Below are positions 9,736 through 20,245 of a stretch of DNA of 64,000 nt, in pieces. Origin of the DNA: Dehalococcoidia bacterium (GTDB lineage Bacteria > Chloroflexota > Dehalococcoidia > UBA2979); contig OZ253555.1 of assembly GCA_965262725.1 (NCBI GenBank), forward strand, positions 517,256 to 581,255, in the 5' to 3' direction. The position numbers and the translations under genes were made by a program. Each line of letters begins with the position of its first letter. The stretch's first letter is position 1. The notes beneath the pieces are model-generated. The model did not search any database. It saw only the letters and a list, made by a program, of their open reading frames with translations, and was not told where the DNA came from.

Positions 9736-9742
9736 CCGCAGA

Positions 9743-9881
9743 TCGAGCACTCGAGGTGCGTGAGCGTGGATGCTGGCAGCTTTGTCAGCGTCTCAACCTC
9801 CAGGCGGCGGCGGTGCTCGGGCGCGCGCGAGGTGAGGCCCCCACGTCGGTTGTTGAACGCGAGCGGCTCCGCGGTCCGCAT
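9743..9881 (-). pseudogene. thrC: Displaced 5' fragment of thrC (N-terminal leader up to the first zinc-ribbon cysteines)
   Basis: The minus-strand frame ...EVETLTKLPASTLTHLECSICG joins exactly onto ...ARCECDELQTICRQCG of the 3' part once IS21 and one TSD copy are removed. Confidence 0.55.
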
Positions 9882-10221
9882 CTCCACATCGGCGCATAGA
9901 ATCGCAGCACGGCCGACTTCCGCCTGCACAGGACGGTTGGGCGAGTATGGTGCCACGAATCCGCCCGGCTCTGCGCCTGCGGCTCCCGGTCCTCCTCGGC
10001 GCCGGTGCACTCCTGAGGGTCGGCCTGTCACGCGGAGTCGGGACGTCGGGGGCGTCATCATCACGCACCCGTTCGACCCAGCTGCGACTCAGCAGGGTGG
10101 GCTCGGCTGCGGTTCCGGCGACGCAGGGCTGGCGCGGCGAGTTGCGGCGACATCGGTCGCTTCGCGCCCGCCGCGCCAGCCGTCGCCCTCGGCGGTTGCC
10201 ATTGGCGAGGTGGGCCGCAGG

Positions 10222-11175
10222 ATGCACAGATGGACCGGTACACTGACCGGACGACCCGGCGTCGACTGCGACAGCCCGGTCGAGGCCGGCTCCCCCGATG
10301 CGAGTGAGGATCGGAGCGTGACCCTGCCGTTCGGCACAGCCAGCGAGCGAGGCCCGGCGACGCGATGGGCCGCCGGAGCAGTGCCCGGGCTCCTGGGCGC
10401 GGTGTTGTTCCTCGCAAGCTGCAGCTCGACCGAGCCGGCCGGCGCGCCGGCACCGGCCCCTCCACGAGCCGCCACCACCACTGCGAGCGCTCAGCCGGCG
10501 ATCGTGCCCGCTCGCGCGCCGTCTGGCGCCGCCCCCCTCGCGAGCCCGCCACCCACCACCGCTGCGCCTGCCCTGTCGCCGACGCCGCAGCCCGGGGCAG
10601 GTTCAGCACCCGGGGGATCGCAGTCGCTCGGGCGGGATGATGGTTCGGCCGTCGAGCCGGGGGCCGGAGGCACCAAGTCCGGCGACGCCCGGCAGGTGAA
10701 GGGCGACTCGGCCTCCACGCCCGCCACGGGGACCGTCTACACCTGGCAGGACGGCGACCGCACCGAGCGGGTGCTGCTGCAGGCCGACCTCGTCCTGCAG
10801 AGCAATGAGGAGAACCGGAACGATGATGAGGTCGTCACCCGCGGCGACACCGCGAGCGTCGTTCGCGCGCAGCCCCGGCATGATGAGGCCGACACCGATC
10901 CCGTCTTCCGCTCGCCGGCCGGCGACCTGATGACGCTGCCCGGCGGGGTGCTGCTCGCCCTCGACGCCGGCTGGGACCAGGCGAGGGTGGACCGCTTCTT
11001 CTCGGACAACGACATCGACCGGAGCCGCGTGGAGGGGCGGGACTTCGCCGTCAACGCCTTCTTCGTGACGACTCAGCCCGGATTCCCCTCGCTCACCCTG
11101 GCCAACGAACTCGCCGCACAGGACGGCGTGTTGATCTCCAGCCCGAACTGGCGAACGGAAGCCGTTCTCCGGTGA
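10222..11175 (+). CDS. Secreted lipoprotein, hypothetical (possible partner of the downstream giant protease)
   Basis: ATG at 10222; lipobox LFLASCSS; Pro/Ala-rich linker; C-terminal globular part; stop overlaps the GTG start of the giant ORF (translational coupling). Confidence 0.55.
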   Translation: MHRWTGTLTGRPGVDCDSPVEAGSPDASEDRSVTLPFGTASERGPATRWAAGAVPGLLGAVLFLASCSSTEPAGAPAPAPPRAATTTASAQPAIVPARAPSGAAPLASPPPTTAAPALSPTPQPGAGSAPGGSQSLGRDDGSAVEPGAGGTKSGDARQVKGDSASTPATGTVYTWQDGDRTERVLLQADLVLQSNEENRNDDEVVTRGDTASVVRAQPRHDEADTDPVFRSPAGDLMTLPGGVLLALDAGWDQARVDRFFSDNDIDRSRVEGRDFAVNAFFVTTQPGFPSLTLANELAAQDGVLISSPNWRTEAVLR

Positions 11176-14100
11176 GCCGTCGGTCGCTGCTCGCGGCCCT
11201 CGCCGCGCTGTGTCTCATGGTCGGGGCGGGGCATGTGGAGGCGAGCACGCCCGGCGCGCCCACGGTCGGCACCATCACCGCCACCACCAACTCGCTCACC
11301 GTGCCGTGGACCGCGCCCTCGGACAATGGTGGTTCGGTGATCGTCGCCTACGACCTGCGCTACATCCGCACCGACGCGACGCCTGCGCGCAAGGCGGACG
11401 ACGCCAACTGGACCGTCGAGGAGGTCTGGACGACGGGCGGCGGCAGCCTCGAGACCGAGGTGAAGGATCTCTCCGACGGCGTGGAGTTCGACGTGCAGGT
11501 GCGCGCCGACAACCAGAACGGCGACATCGGCGAGTGGTCGCAGACCGCCACCGGCACCACCACCGACCACGGCGACAGCACCTCCTCGGCGACATCACTC
11601 ACGCTGGGCGGCTCGGTGATCGGGCGGATCGAGCCCGCAAACGACGCGGACGTGTTCCAGATCGTCCTCACGAGCGCCGCCGACCTCTGGGTCTACGCCG
11701 ACGGCGAGCTCGACTCGGTGGGCGAGCTGCTGGACTCGAGAGGCTCGCTCATCACGCGGGACCCCCGGAACGACCGGCTCGGTCCGCGAGACGGGTTCAG
11801 CCTCCGGCGGGAGGTCGAGTCGGGAACCTACTACGTTCGCGTCATCAGCTACCGGGGCTTCGCCTCAGGCTCGTACACCATCCACGCCCGCGCCGCGATC
11901 GACCCCGGCGACAGCGCGGCCACGGCGACGACCGTCACGCTCGACTCGGTGACGCCCGGACGCATCGACGCCCGGTCGGACGAGGACTACTTCAAGCTGG
12001 TCCTCGGCAGCGCCGCCGAGATCTGGGTCATGGCCGCCGGCGACCTGGACACCTACGGCGAGCTGCTCCGCGAGAACGAGACTGTCCTGGCCGAGAACGA
12101 TGACGGTGGGCTGTCGGGCAACAGCCTGGGATTCGTGCTGAGTCGGGAGCTGGCGGCGGGAACCTACTACATCCGCGTCAGCGGCGTCGGCTTCGAGCCG
12201 ACCGGAACCTACGCGCTGCATGTGCGGACGGTCGTCGATCCCGGCGGCGACGCGGCTACCGCGGCGCCGCTCACCCTCGGCGCGCCCGAAAGCGGCCGAA
12301 TCTCCTCGTCGAGTGACGAGGACTTCTTCAGCCTCACGCTGGCAGAGGACACCTACGTCTTTGTCTACGCCCTGACCCTCGGTAGCGCGCTGCCGCTCAC
12401 GGCGACGGTCCTCGACGGGACGGATACTCCCGTGTCCCTGACGCAGGTCATTCCCCACTCGACCTGGGCCGCCAACGGCAAAGAGGAGGTGAGCGTCTCG
12501 CTCTGGGGGAAGCTGGACGCCGGGACGTACCACATTCAGGTGCGGCGCTCCGGCAGCAGGAACGGGGCCTACCTCCTCCACGCCCTCGCCTCGCCCTACA
12601 ACCAGGCGCTTGCGCGGTGCACCGCTCTGACCACGCCGGAGAGCGACCCCTGGTACGGATGCCAGTGGCACCTCGGCAACACCGGCCAGTTCCCCGGCGG
12701 CGCCGGGCACGACATCAACGTCGAGAGCGTCTGGGCGGGAGGAAACAAGGGCTCGGGCGTGAACATCGCCCTCGTCGACGACGGCCTCCAGAGCGACCAC
12801 GTCGACCTGAGCGCGAACGTCATCGCCGCACGCAACCGCGACTATCAGGGCAACAACAACGTCTTCGATCCGCTCGACACCCACGGCACGGCCGTCGCCG
12901 GCCTCATCGCCGCGCCGGAGAATGACATCGGCGTGCGGGGCGTGGCCCCCGAGGCACGCATCTACGCCTACAACCTGATCACCCACGAGACGTCCACCTC
13001 TGACCATTTGCAAGACGCCATGACGCGCCATCTGCAGGACACGGCCGTCTCCAACAACAGCTGGGGCTTTGTCACGACCGGCCTCCCTCGGGGCTCAGGT
13101 ACGGTCTGGGAGAGTGCGGTCGAGCGGGGAGTGACGGAGGGGTTCGGAGGCAAGGGCATCGTCTACGTCTGGGCAGCCGGCAACGGGCACCCGGAGAACG
13201 GCAACTCCAACTTCGACGGCCTCGCGAACTTCTACGCGGTCACAGCCGCCTGCGCGGTCGGCTACGACGACCGCCGGAGCGCGTACTCCGAGATGGGCGC
13301 CAACCTCTGGATCTGCGCGCCCTCCAACAGCGGTCGCTACGGCCTGCCGCGGATTGCGACGACCCACCAGGTCGACCGCTACCGCGAGGACTTCGGCGGC
13401 ACCTCGGCAGCCACGCCCATCGTCTCGGGCGTGGTTGCCCTCATGCGCGCCGCCAACGCGGACCTCACGTGGCGCGACGTCAAGCTCATCCTCGCCGCGT
13501 CCGCGCGCCAGAACGACTCCGGGAACGGCGGGTGGGAGCAGGGCGCGCTCCGGTACGGCTCGACGACCGACCGCTACTCGTTCAATCACGAGTACGGCTT
13601 CGGCATGGTCGACGCCGCAGCCGCCGTCGCCCTCGCCGACGGCTGGACGATCGTCCCGAAGCTACGGGAATCCGGGGCCGAGTCGGGAGACATCGGACTC
13701 GCGATTCCCGACGCACCCGACGTGGGCGCACCCACCGCCCTGACCGACAGCCTGACGCTCGACTCCCATGTCGCATTCGTCGAGTTCATGGAGATCGAGA
13801 TCACCCTGGAACACAACTGGTTCCGCGATCTCCAGATCGAGCTCGTGTCGCCGGCCGGCGCCGTCTCCGTGCTCTCCGTGCCCGCCCTCTCCGTCCTCCT
13901 GAGGGGGTCGTTCGACGGCAGCCATCGCTTCGGGTCGGCCAGGCACCTGGGCGAGAAGGCCGAGGGAACCTGGACGCTGCGCGTCACGGACACCCTCCAC
14001 GACGATACGGGCACGCTCACGTCGTGGAAGCTCACGGCCTACGGCCACGGGTACGTCCCGATCTCCCCCGACATCGATGAGGTGGTCGAGGGCCCCGGTT

Positions 14101-17100
14101 CCCTCACCATCACCTGGAAGGAGCCCGAGGATGTCGGCGCGTCCGACGTCACCTCCTACGACCTTCGCCACATCCGCGACGACGCGACCGACTTCGCCGA
14201 CGGCCGCTGGCGGGAGCTTCCCGGCGTCGGGAGCCTCACGGATCGGCAGCACACCGTGAGCGGGCTGGACGGGGACACGAAGTACCGGGTCGCCCTCCGG
14301 GCCCGGAACGCCGACGGCATCGGGCCCTGGTCTGACTTCGCCGCCGAGCAGACGGAGCAGGCAGTCCCGGGCAGCCCCCGCTCCGTATCGGTCGCCCCGC
14401 GCGACGCCGGCCTCGCGGTCTCGTGGCGCGTTCCGGGCTACGCCGGCGCCGGCACCCCGACGTCCTACGACGTCCGCTACATCCGGAGCGATGCCACCGA
14501 CAAGGCCGACGCCTTCTGGAGCGTCGTGACCTTCGCCTGGAGGACCGGCGACGGAGACCTCCGCTATGTGATCGGCGGCCTCGACCACACTCTCAGCTAC
14601 GACGTGCAGGTGCTGGCACGCAACGACGCCGACGAGGGAGCGTGGTCCACAACCGCGACGGGGACGCCGGCCCGCCCCAACACCAACAGCCCCGCCGAGT
14701 TCCCGAACAGCGAGAGCGGCCAGCGCAGCGTGATCGAGAACACCCCGACCGGGCGGGACATCGGCGATCCCGTCGCCGCCCGCGACGACGACGGCGACAC
14801 GCTGACGTACTCGCTGACCGCAGGCGCCGCCAACTTCGACATCGACGAGCAGACCGGGCAGCTGCTGACGAAGGTCGCGCTCGACCGCGAGCGGACCGCG
14901 AGCTACCAGGCGACCGTCGCCGTCCACGACGGCAAGGCCGCAGACGGCACGGCGAGCACCGCCACGGACGACACGATCCGCGTGACCATCACCATCGACG
15001 ACGAGGACGAGCCGCCTGTGGTCATGGGCGGCACGACCCCCGTGGTCCGGGAGAACACCACCACCGTCGGCACCTACCGCGCGCGGGATCCCGAGCGTCG
15101 GGCGAACACCTTCACGTGGTCGCTGGGCGGCGACGACGCGAGCGCCTTCGCCCTCAGCGAGAACGGCGTGCTCACCTTCGACCCCGCCCCCGACTTCGAG
15201 GCGAGGGCGGACGCAGACCGCGACAACGCCTACGAGGTCACCATCGAAGCGAACGACGGCAGCCTGACCGGCGACCTGGACGTGCGGGTCAGAGTCGAGG
15301 GCGTCGACGAGCCGCCCGAGATCAGCGGCGACTCGAGTGTCGAGTTCGCGGAGAACGGCTCGACGCGCGTCGGCCGCTACACGGCCAGCGACCCGGAGGG
15401 AGCCGCCGTCTCCTGGCAGACGCTGGCCGGGCCGGAGGCGCGCTACTTCACGTTCGACGCAGGCACCGGCAATCTGAGCTTCGCCGCCACGCCGGACTTT
15501 GAGGCCCGCAGCAGCGCGGTCTACCGGGTCACCGTGCGGGCCGCCGACGAGGGCAATCGGGTCGGCGGCCTGCCCGTGACCGTCACCCTGACCCCCGTCG
15601 ATGAGCCGCCCGAGATCAGCGGGCCGGACGAGGTCACCCTCAACGAGGTCATCAACCCGACCCCGGGGCAGGTGGTGGCCGTCGGGAGTTACACCCGGCG
15701 CGATCCCGAGGGCTCCTCCACCAACTGGGGGTCGGTCGGGAGCGCCACGGTGCTCACCGGCGCCGACGCACGCGAGTTCGACTTCGACCAGCGCAGCGGC
15801 AGGCTCACCTTCCGGGCGCCGCCCGACTCCGAGAGCGGGAGCGCGTCGTACCAGGTCACGCTGAACGCCAACGACGGCGTGCTGAACGGCAGGCTCGAGG
15901 TGACCGTCCACGTCGCCAACCTCGACGAGCCCGGCGCGGTGACCCTCGACCGGAGAACCCCCGTCATCAACCGCACGGTCACGGCCACGCTTGAGGATGC
16001 CGACGGCGTGGTCAGCAAGAACTGGCAGTGGCAGCGCTCGCCGGGCCGCACGGGCCCCTGGTCGGATATCGACAGCGCCACCTCGCGCAGCTACACGCCC
16101 GCCCCCGACGACCGCGGCGCCTACCTGCGCGCGAGCGCCGAGTACGAGGACGGCCACGGCGCGGGCAAGACGGCGCCGCCGGGCGTCTCGGAGTTCCCGG
16201 CCGCCAACGTCCGCACCTCGAACACGCCGCCGGTCCTCCCGGACGCGGTCGACGACATCTCCCTCCTGGAGAACACCCCGCGGGGGCGCACCGTCGGCAC
16301 CGTGCGCGCCACCGACGCGGAGAACGACCCGCTGACCTACTCGCTCACCGGGGCAAGCGAGTTCGTGATCGGCCGCACGACCGGCCAGATCCGGGTCGCC
16401 CCCGGCGCGGTCTTCGACTTCGACTCCGGCCGGATCAGCTACTCTCTCATGGTCACCGCCAGGGACATCTTCGACGCCGCCGACTACGTCGACGTCACCA
16501 TCACCCTCACCGGCGTGGACGAGCCGCCGGTGGCGGAGCCCGACGCCTCTTCGACGAACGAGGACGAGCCGGTCGTCATCGACGTGCTCTCGAACGACAG
16601 CGATCCGGAGGCCGCCGACCTGGCCGTCACGGCGGTGAGCCGGCCCGGCAGCGGCACGGCGACCGCAGGTCCCGGCAGCGGGGAGATCACCTACACCCCC
16701 CGCGCCGACTACCACGGCGCCGACGGCTTCCGCTACACGGTCTCCGACGGCGCCCTGCGGGACGAGGGCACGGTCTCCGTCACCATCCGGCCGGTGAACG
16801 ACCCCCCGGAGTTCCCGCCGTCCGCGGCCGAGCGCTCCGTCGCCGAGTCCGCCGGCGCCGGCGAGCCGGTCGGCGCGCCCGTCGCGGCGACGGACCGCGA
16901 CGGCGACGACCCGACCTACCGCCTCTCGGGCTCGGCGGACTTCGAGATCGCGGAGGACTCCGGCCAGATCACCGTGGGGGCCGGCACGGCCTTCGACGTG
17001 TCGATTCAGGAGACCTACACGGTGACCGTCGACGCGAGCGATGGGAACGGCGGCCGGGCGAGCGTCGAGGTCACCATCACCGTGACGACGCAGCCGGTCG

Positions 17101-18780
17101 GGCCGACGATCGTGTTCGGGGGTGGTGGGGGCGGCGGCCCCTCGGGCCCGACGCCCAGCGAGATCGAGTTCGAGTGGAACGTCACCCGCGACATCGAGGA
17201 GCTCGACGGCGGCCACGATGTCCCCACCGGCTCCTGGTCCGACGGCGCGACGCTCTGGCTCGCCGAGAACGGCGACGGCGCCGACGACGCGGTCTACGCC
17301 TACGACCTCGCCACGGGCGAACGCGTCGAGGAGCTCGAGTTCGAGCTCGACGACGCCAACCTCGCGCCCCGTGGGGTCTGGTCCGACCTCCGCACCATCT
17401 GGATCTCCGACAGCGGCAAGGACAAGCTCTTCGCACACGACCTCGCAAGCGGCGAGCGCCTCCCCGACTCCGATCTCGCACTGCACCCCGACAACGACGA
17501 CCCGCGCGGCATCTGGTCGAACGGCCCGACGCTGTGGGTGCTCGATGGCCGCGACAACGCCCTCTACGGCTACGACCTGGAGAGCGGCGAGCTGCTCGCG
17601 GGGTACGCCCTGGACGACGCCAACGACGACCCGCACGGCATCTGGTCCGACGGCACCTCCGTCTGGGTCTCCGATGACGTCGCCAAGCGCCTCTTCGCCT
17701 ACCGCCTGCCCTCGCTCGAGGAGGAGGACACGAGCGCGGACGAGGAAGAGGACCTCGAGCTCGCGCGCGTGCGCGATGAGGAGTTCTGGAGGCTGAGCCG
17801 GGCCAGCAACAACAGCCCGCGCGGTCTCTGGTCCGACGGCGACGTGATGTACGTCGCCGACTCCAGCGACGGCAGGGTCTACAGCTACAACATGCCGGAC
17901 GGGATCGACGCCCGGCTGGTATCGCTTGCGCTCAGCGATGTCGAGATCGGCGAGTTCTCACCCGGCCAGACGGAATACGAGGGCGTCGCGAGTGAGGGCG
18001 CTACCGAGACGACGGTCGAGGCGGCCGCGGCGCGCCGCACGGCGGTCGCCATCGACCCCCCCGACGCGGACGAGGTCGCCGACGGCCACCAGGTGGCGCT
18101 GGACGGACTCGATGAGATCACGGTGACCGTGACCTCTCCCGACGAGAGCCGCAGGGGGGTCTACCTCGTGCGCATCGGCGCTGCGGCCGAGGCGGAGCGG
18201 TCGGCGGCGCCCTGCCTGAGCGGCGCCGTGGCGGTGAGCTTCAGCATCCTCATCTACGAGGGGGGCGGCATCGGCGACCTGGTCGGCTGCGCGGAGAGCC
18301 GCCACGTCACGGCGCTCTACGCGCTCGAGGGCGGCGCCTACGTGCCCTACATCCTCGGGGCGCCCCAGTTCGTGAACAGGCCCTTCATCGAGCTGTACGC
18401 GGAGGGCGTCCCGGCCGTGACGCTCTTCATCGCCGGAAGCGACGGACCGGCCACGGCCGACCCGGCGAGCGACGGCGGCGCGGCGCAGTCCTGGCCGGAG
18501 TGCCTGCGCGGCGAGATCGCCACGGGCTTCAGCCTCGTGCTCTACGAGGGCGGGAGCGTCGAGGAGGTCGGCGCCGTGCGTGCAGGGCCGCGGCGTTACG
18601 GCGCTCTACGCGCTCGAGGGCGGCGTCTACGCGGCGTACATCCTCGGGGCGCCCGAGTTCGTGAATCGGCCGTTCTTCGAGCTGTTCGCGGACGGCCTGG
18701 CCCCGATGACACCGCTGATCGCCAAGAGCGAGGGGCCGCCGGCCGCGGTCGCGGATCGCGGGGACGTGCCCGACAACTGA
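11172..18780 (+). CDS. Giant secreted subtilisin-like (S8) protease with FN3, 4x PPC, P-domain, many cadherin-like / VCBS-like repeats, WSDG propeller-like repeats and tandem C-terminal Cys domain; apparent frameshift near 18570-18590
   Basis: Signal peptide MSRRSLLAALAALCLMVGAGHVEA. S8 triad motifs DDGLQSDH, HGTAVAGLIAA, GTSAATPIVSGVVALM; P-domain DLQIELVSPAGAVSVL. The ORF-track 2839-aa frame becomes Arg-rich junk after ~18580, while ORF 18580..18780 (+1 frame) continues the homologous domain (VTALYALEGGVYAAYILGAPEFVNRPFFELF) and stops at 18780. Confidence 0.8.
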
Positions 18781-18791
18781 GAAGGAGCGAC

Positions 18792-18828
18792 CGGCTGCCG
18801 ACGCCGGACGCCGGACGGTTCGGCAGCA
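18792..18828 (+). terminator. GC-rich hairpin just after the giant-protein stop (putative intrinsic terminator, no clear T-tract)
   Basis: GGCTGCCGA...TCGGCAGC inverted repeat about 12 nt after the stop at 18780. Confidence 0.3.
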
Positions 18829-19174
18829 GGCGGGACTCTCAGAGGCGCTCGCGAAGAGGGTCCGGTCAGGTTGTGCCGGGGAGCCGCTGCCCCGCTGACT
18901 CCGGGCTCCAGGCAACCGGGAATCGTGTGTCGTGGCGTCGCTCCGCGCCGTGCGCCGTCACAGCTGGGGCGATCACTGGGTGCACATCGGGCGCGAGCAA
19001 ATCCGCCATCATCACCTCTTCGCGCTTGACACGCATGCGCGGAGGCTGGCGATGCGGGGAGATGTGCGCGCGGCCCGGTGACCTCGCCCGGCGGCACGAC
19101 GACAGGAGGATCGATCGTAGACTCGACACCTTGCTCTGGTGGATTGAGCCGCCGCGCCGGGGAAGGAACGACTG

Positions 19175-20191
19175 GTGTCCGCGTCCGCGCCGCCGTCTCC
19201 CTCGCCGACGCCGTCGGCATCTGCCCCCGCTCCGCTCTGGCGGCGGGCGCCCGTGCTGGCGCTCGTCGTGGCGCGGCGCGCGACCGCGAACTTCATCAGT
19301 GTCGGCGCCGCGCAGATCGCGGCGGGCATCTCCTACTACGCTCTCATCTCGCTGTTCCCGCTGGCGTTGCTGGCGTTCTCGGCGTTCGGCCTCGTGCTCC
19401 GCGACGAAGAGCTGCAGCAGCGCGTGCTCGACGGGATCGTCGCGGGGATCCCGGTGGAGGCGCCGATCGTCGAGGAGGCCCTCGCCGCGCTCGCGAGCGG
19501 CGGAGCCACCATCGGGCTGGTGGCGCTGGTCGCCACGATATGGACGGGGAGCGCCCTCGCCGCCGCGCTGCGCAGGGCACTCAACACCATCTTCGAGGTG
19601 GACCGGGCCCGCCCGTTCGTGCAGGGCAAGCTCGTCGACGTCACGATCGCGCCGGTGCTCGGGTTCCTGCTGCTCGTGTCGCTCGTGCTGACGACGGGGT
19701 GGCGTCTCGCGCAGGCCGAGGCGGTGGACTTCGGGATCCTGCGGGAGCAGGGGTTCGTCTGGGAGCTCGGCGCAGTCGGAATCACCGGACTGATCAGCTT
19801 CCTCGCGTTTCTCTTCCTCTACTGGCTGCTCCCGAACTCCTCGCTGAGGCCGCGCTACCTCTGGCCCGGGGCGTTGCTCACCGCGGTGGGGTTCGAGGCG
19901 GTCAAGTTCGGGTTTGCGGCCTACCTGGCGCACTTCGGCAACTACGACGTGATCTACGGCTCGCTCGGAGGCGTCATCGCGATGCTGGTCTGGGTCTTCG
20001 TCAGCGTCAACATCATGCTCCTTGGCGCCGCGGTCTCAGCGGAGATCCCGCGAGCGTTGCGGGGGGAGGATCGTCCCGGAGACGAGAGCGCGCGCGATGT
20101 GCGCTGGCGGGAGTCGGCGCTCCTGCTGCTGCGCGGGCTGTTCTTCGGACCAGACGAGTCGACACCGGAGCCGCGGAGCCGGGGCCGCTGA
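19175..20191 (+). CDS. YihY/BrkB-family inner membrane protein
   Basis: ISYYALISLFPLALL motif with multiple TM helices, typical of the YihY / virulence factor BrkB family. Confidence 0.8.
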   Translation: MSASAPPSPSPTPSASAPAPLWRRAPVLALVVARRATANFISVGAAQIAAGISYYALISLFPLALLAFSAFGLVLRDEELQQRVLDGIVAGIPVEAPIVEEALAALASGGATIGLVALVATIWTGSALAAALRRALNTIFEVDRARPFVQGKLVDVTIAPVLGFLLLVSLVLTTGWRLAQAEAVDFGILREQGFVWELGAVGITGLISFLAFLFLYWLLPNSSLRPRYLWPGALLTAVGFEAVKFGFAAYLAHFGNYDVIYGSLGGVIAMLVWVFVSVNIMLLGAAVSAEIPRALRGEDRPGDESARDVRWRESALLLLRGLFFGPDESTPEPRSRGR

Positions 20192-20245
20192 GCGGGCCGC
20201 GGCGGCTCCGCGGCCGCTCGACGGCGCCGAGGCGGTCGATCGCCT

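Noticed and set aside
18800-19691. C-terminal ~900 nt of the 2839-aa ORF-track protein
   Set aside because: Post-frameshift read-through; the homologous domain and a natural stop are in the +1 frame ending at 18780.
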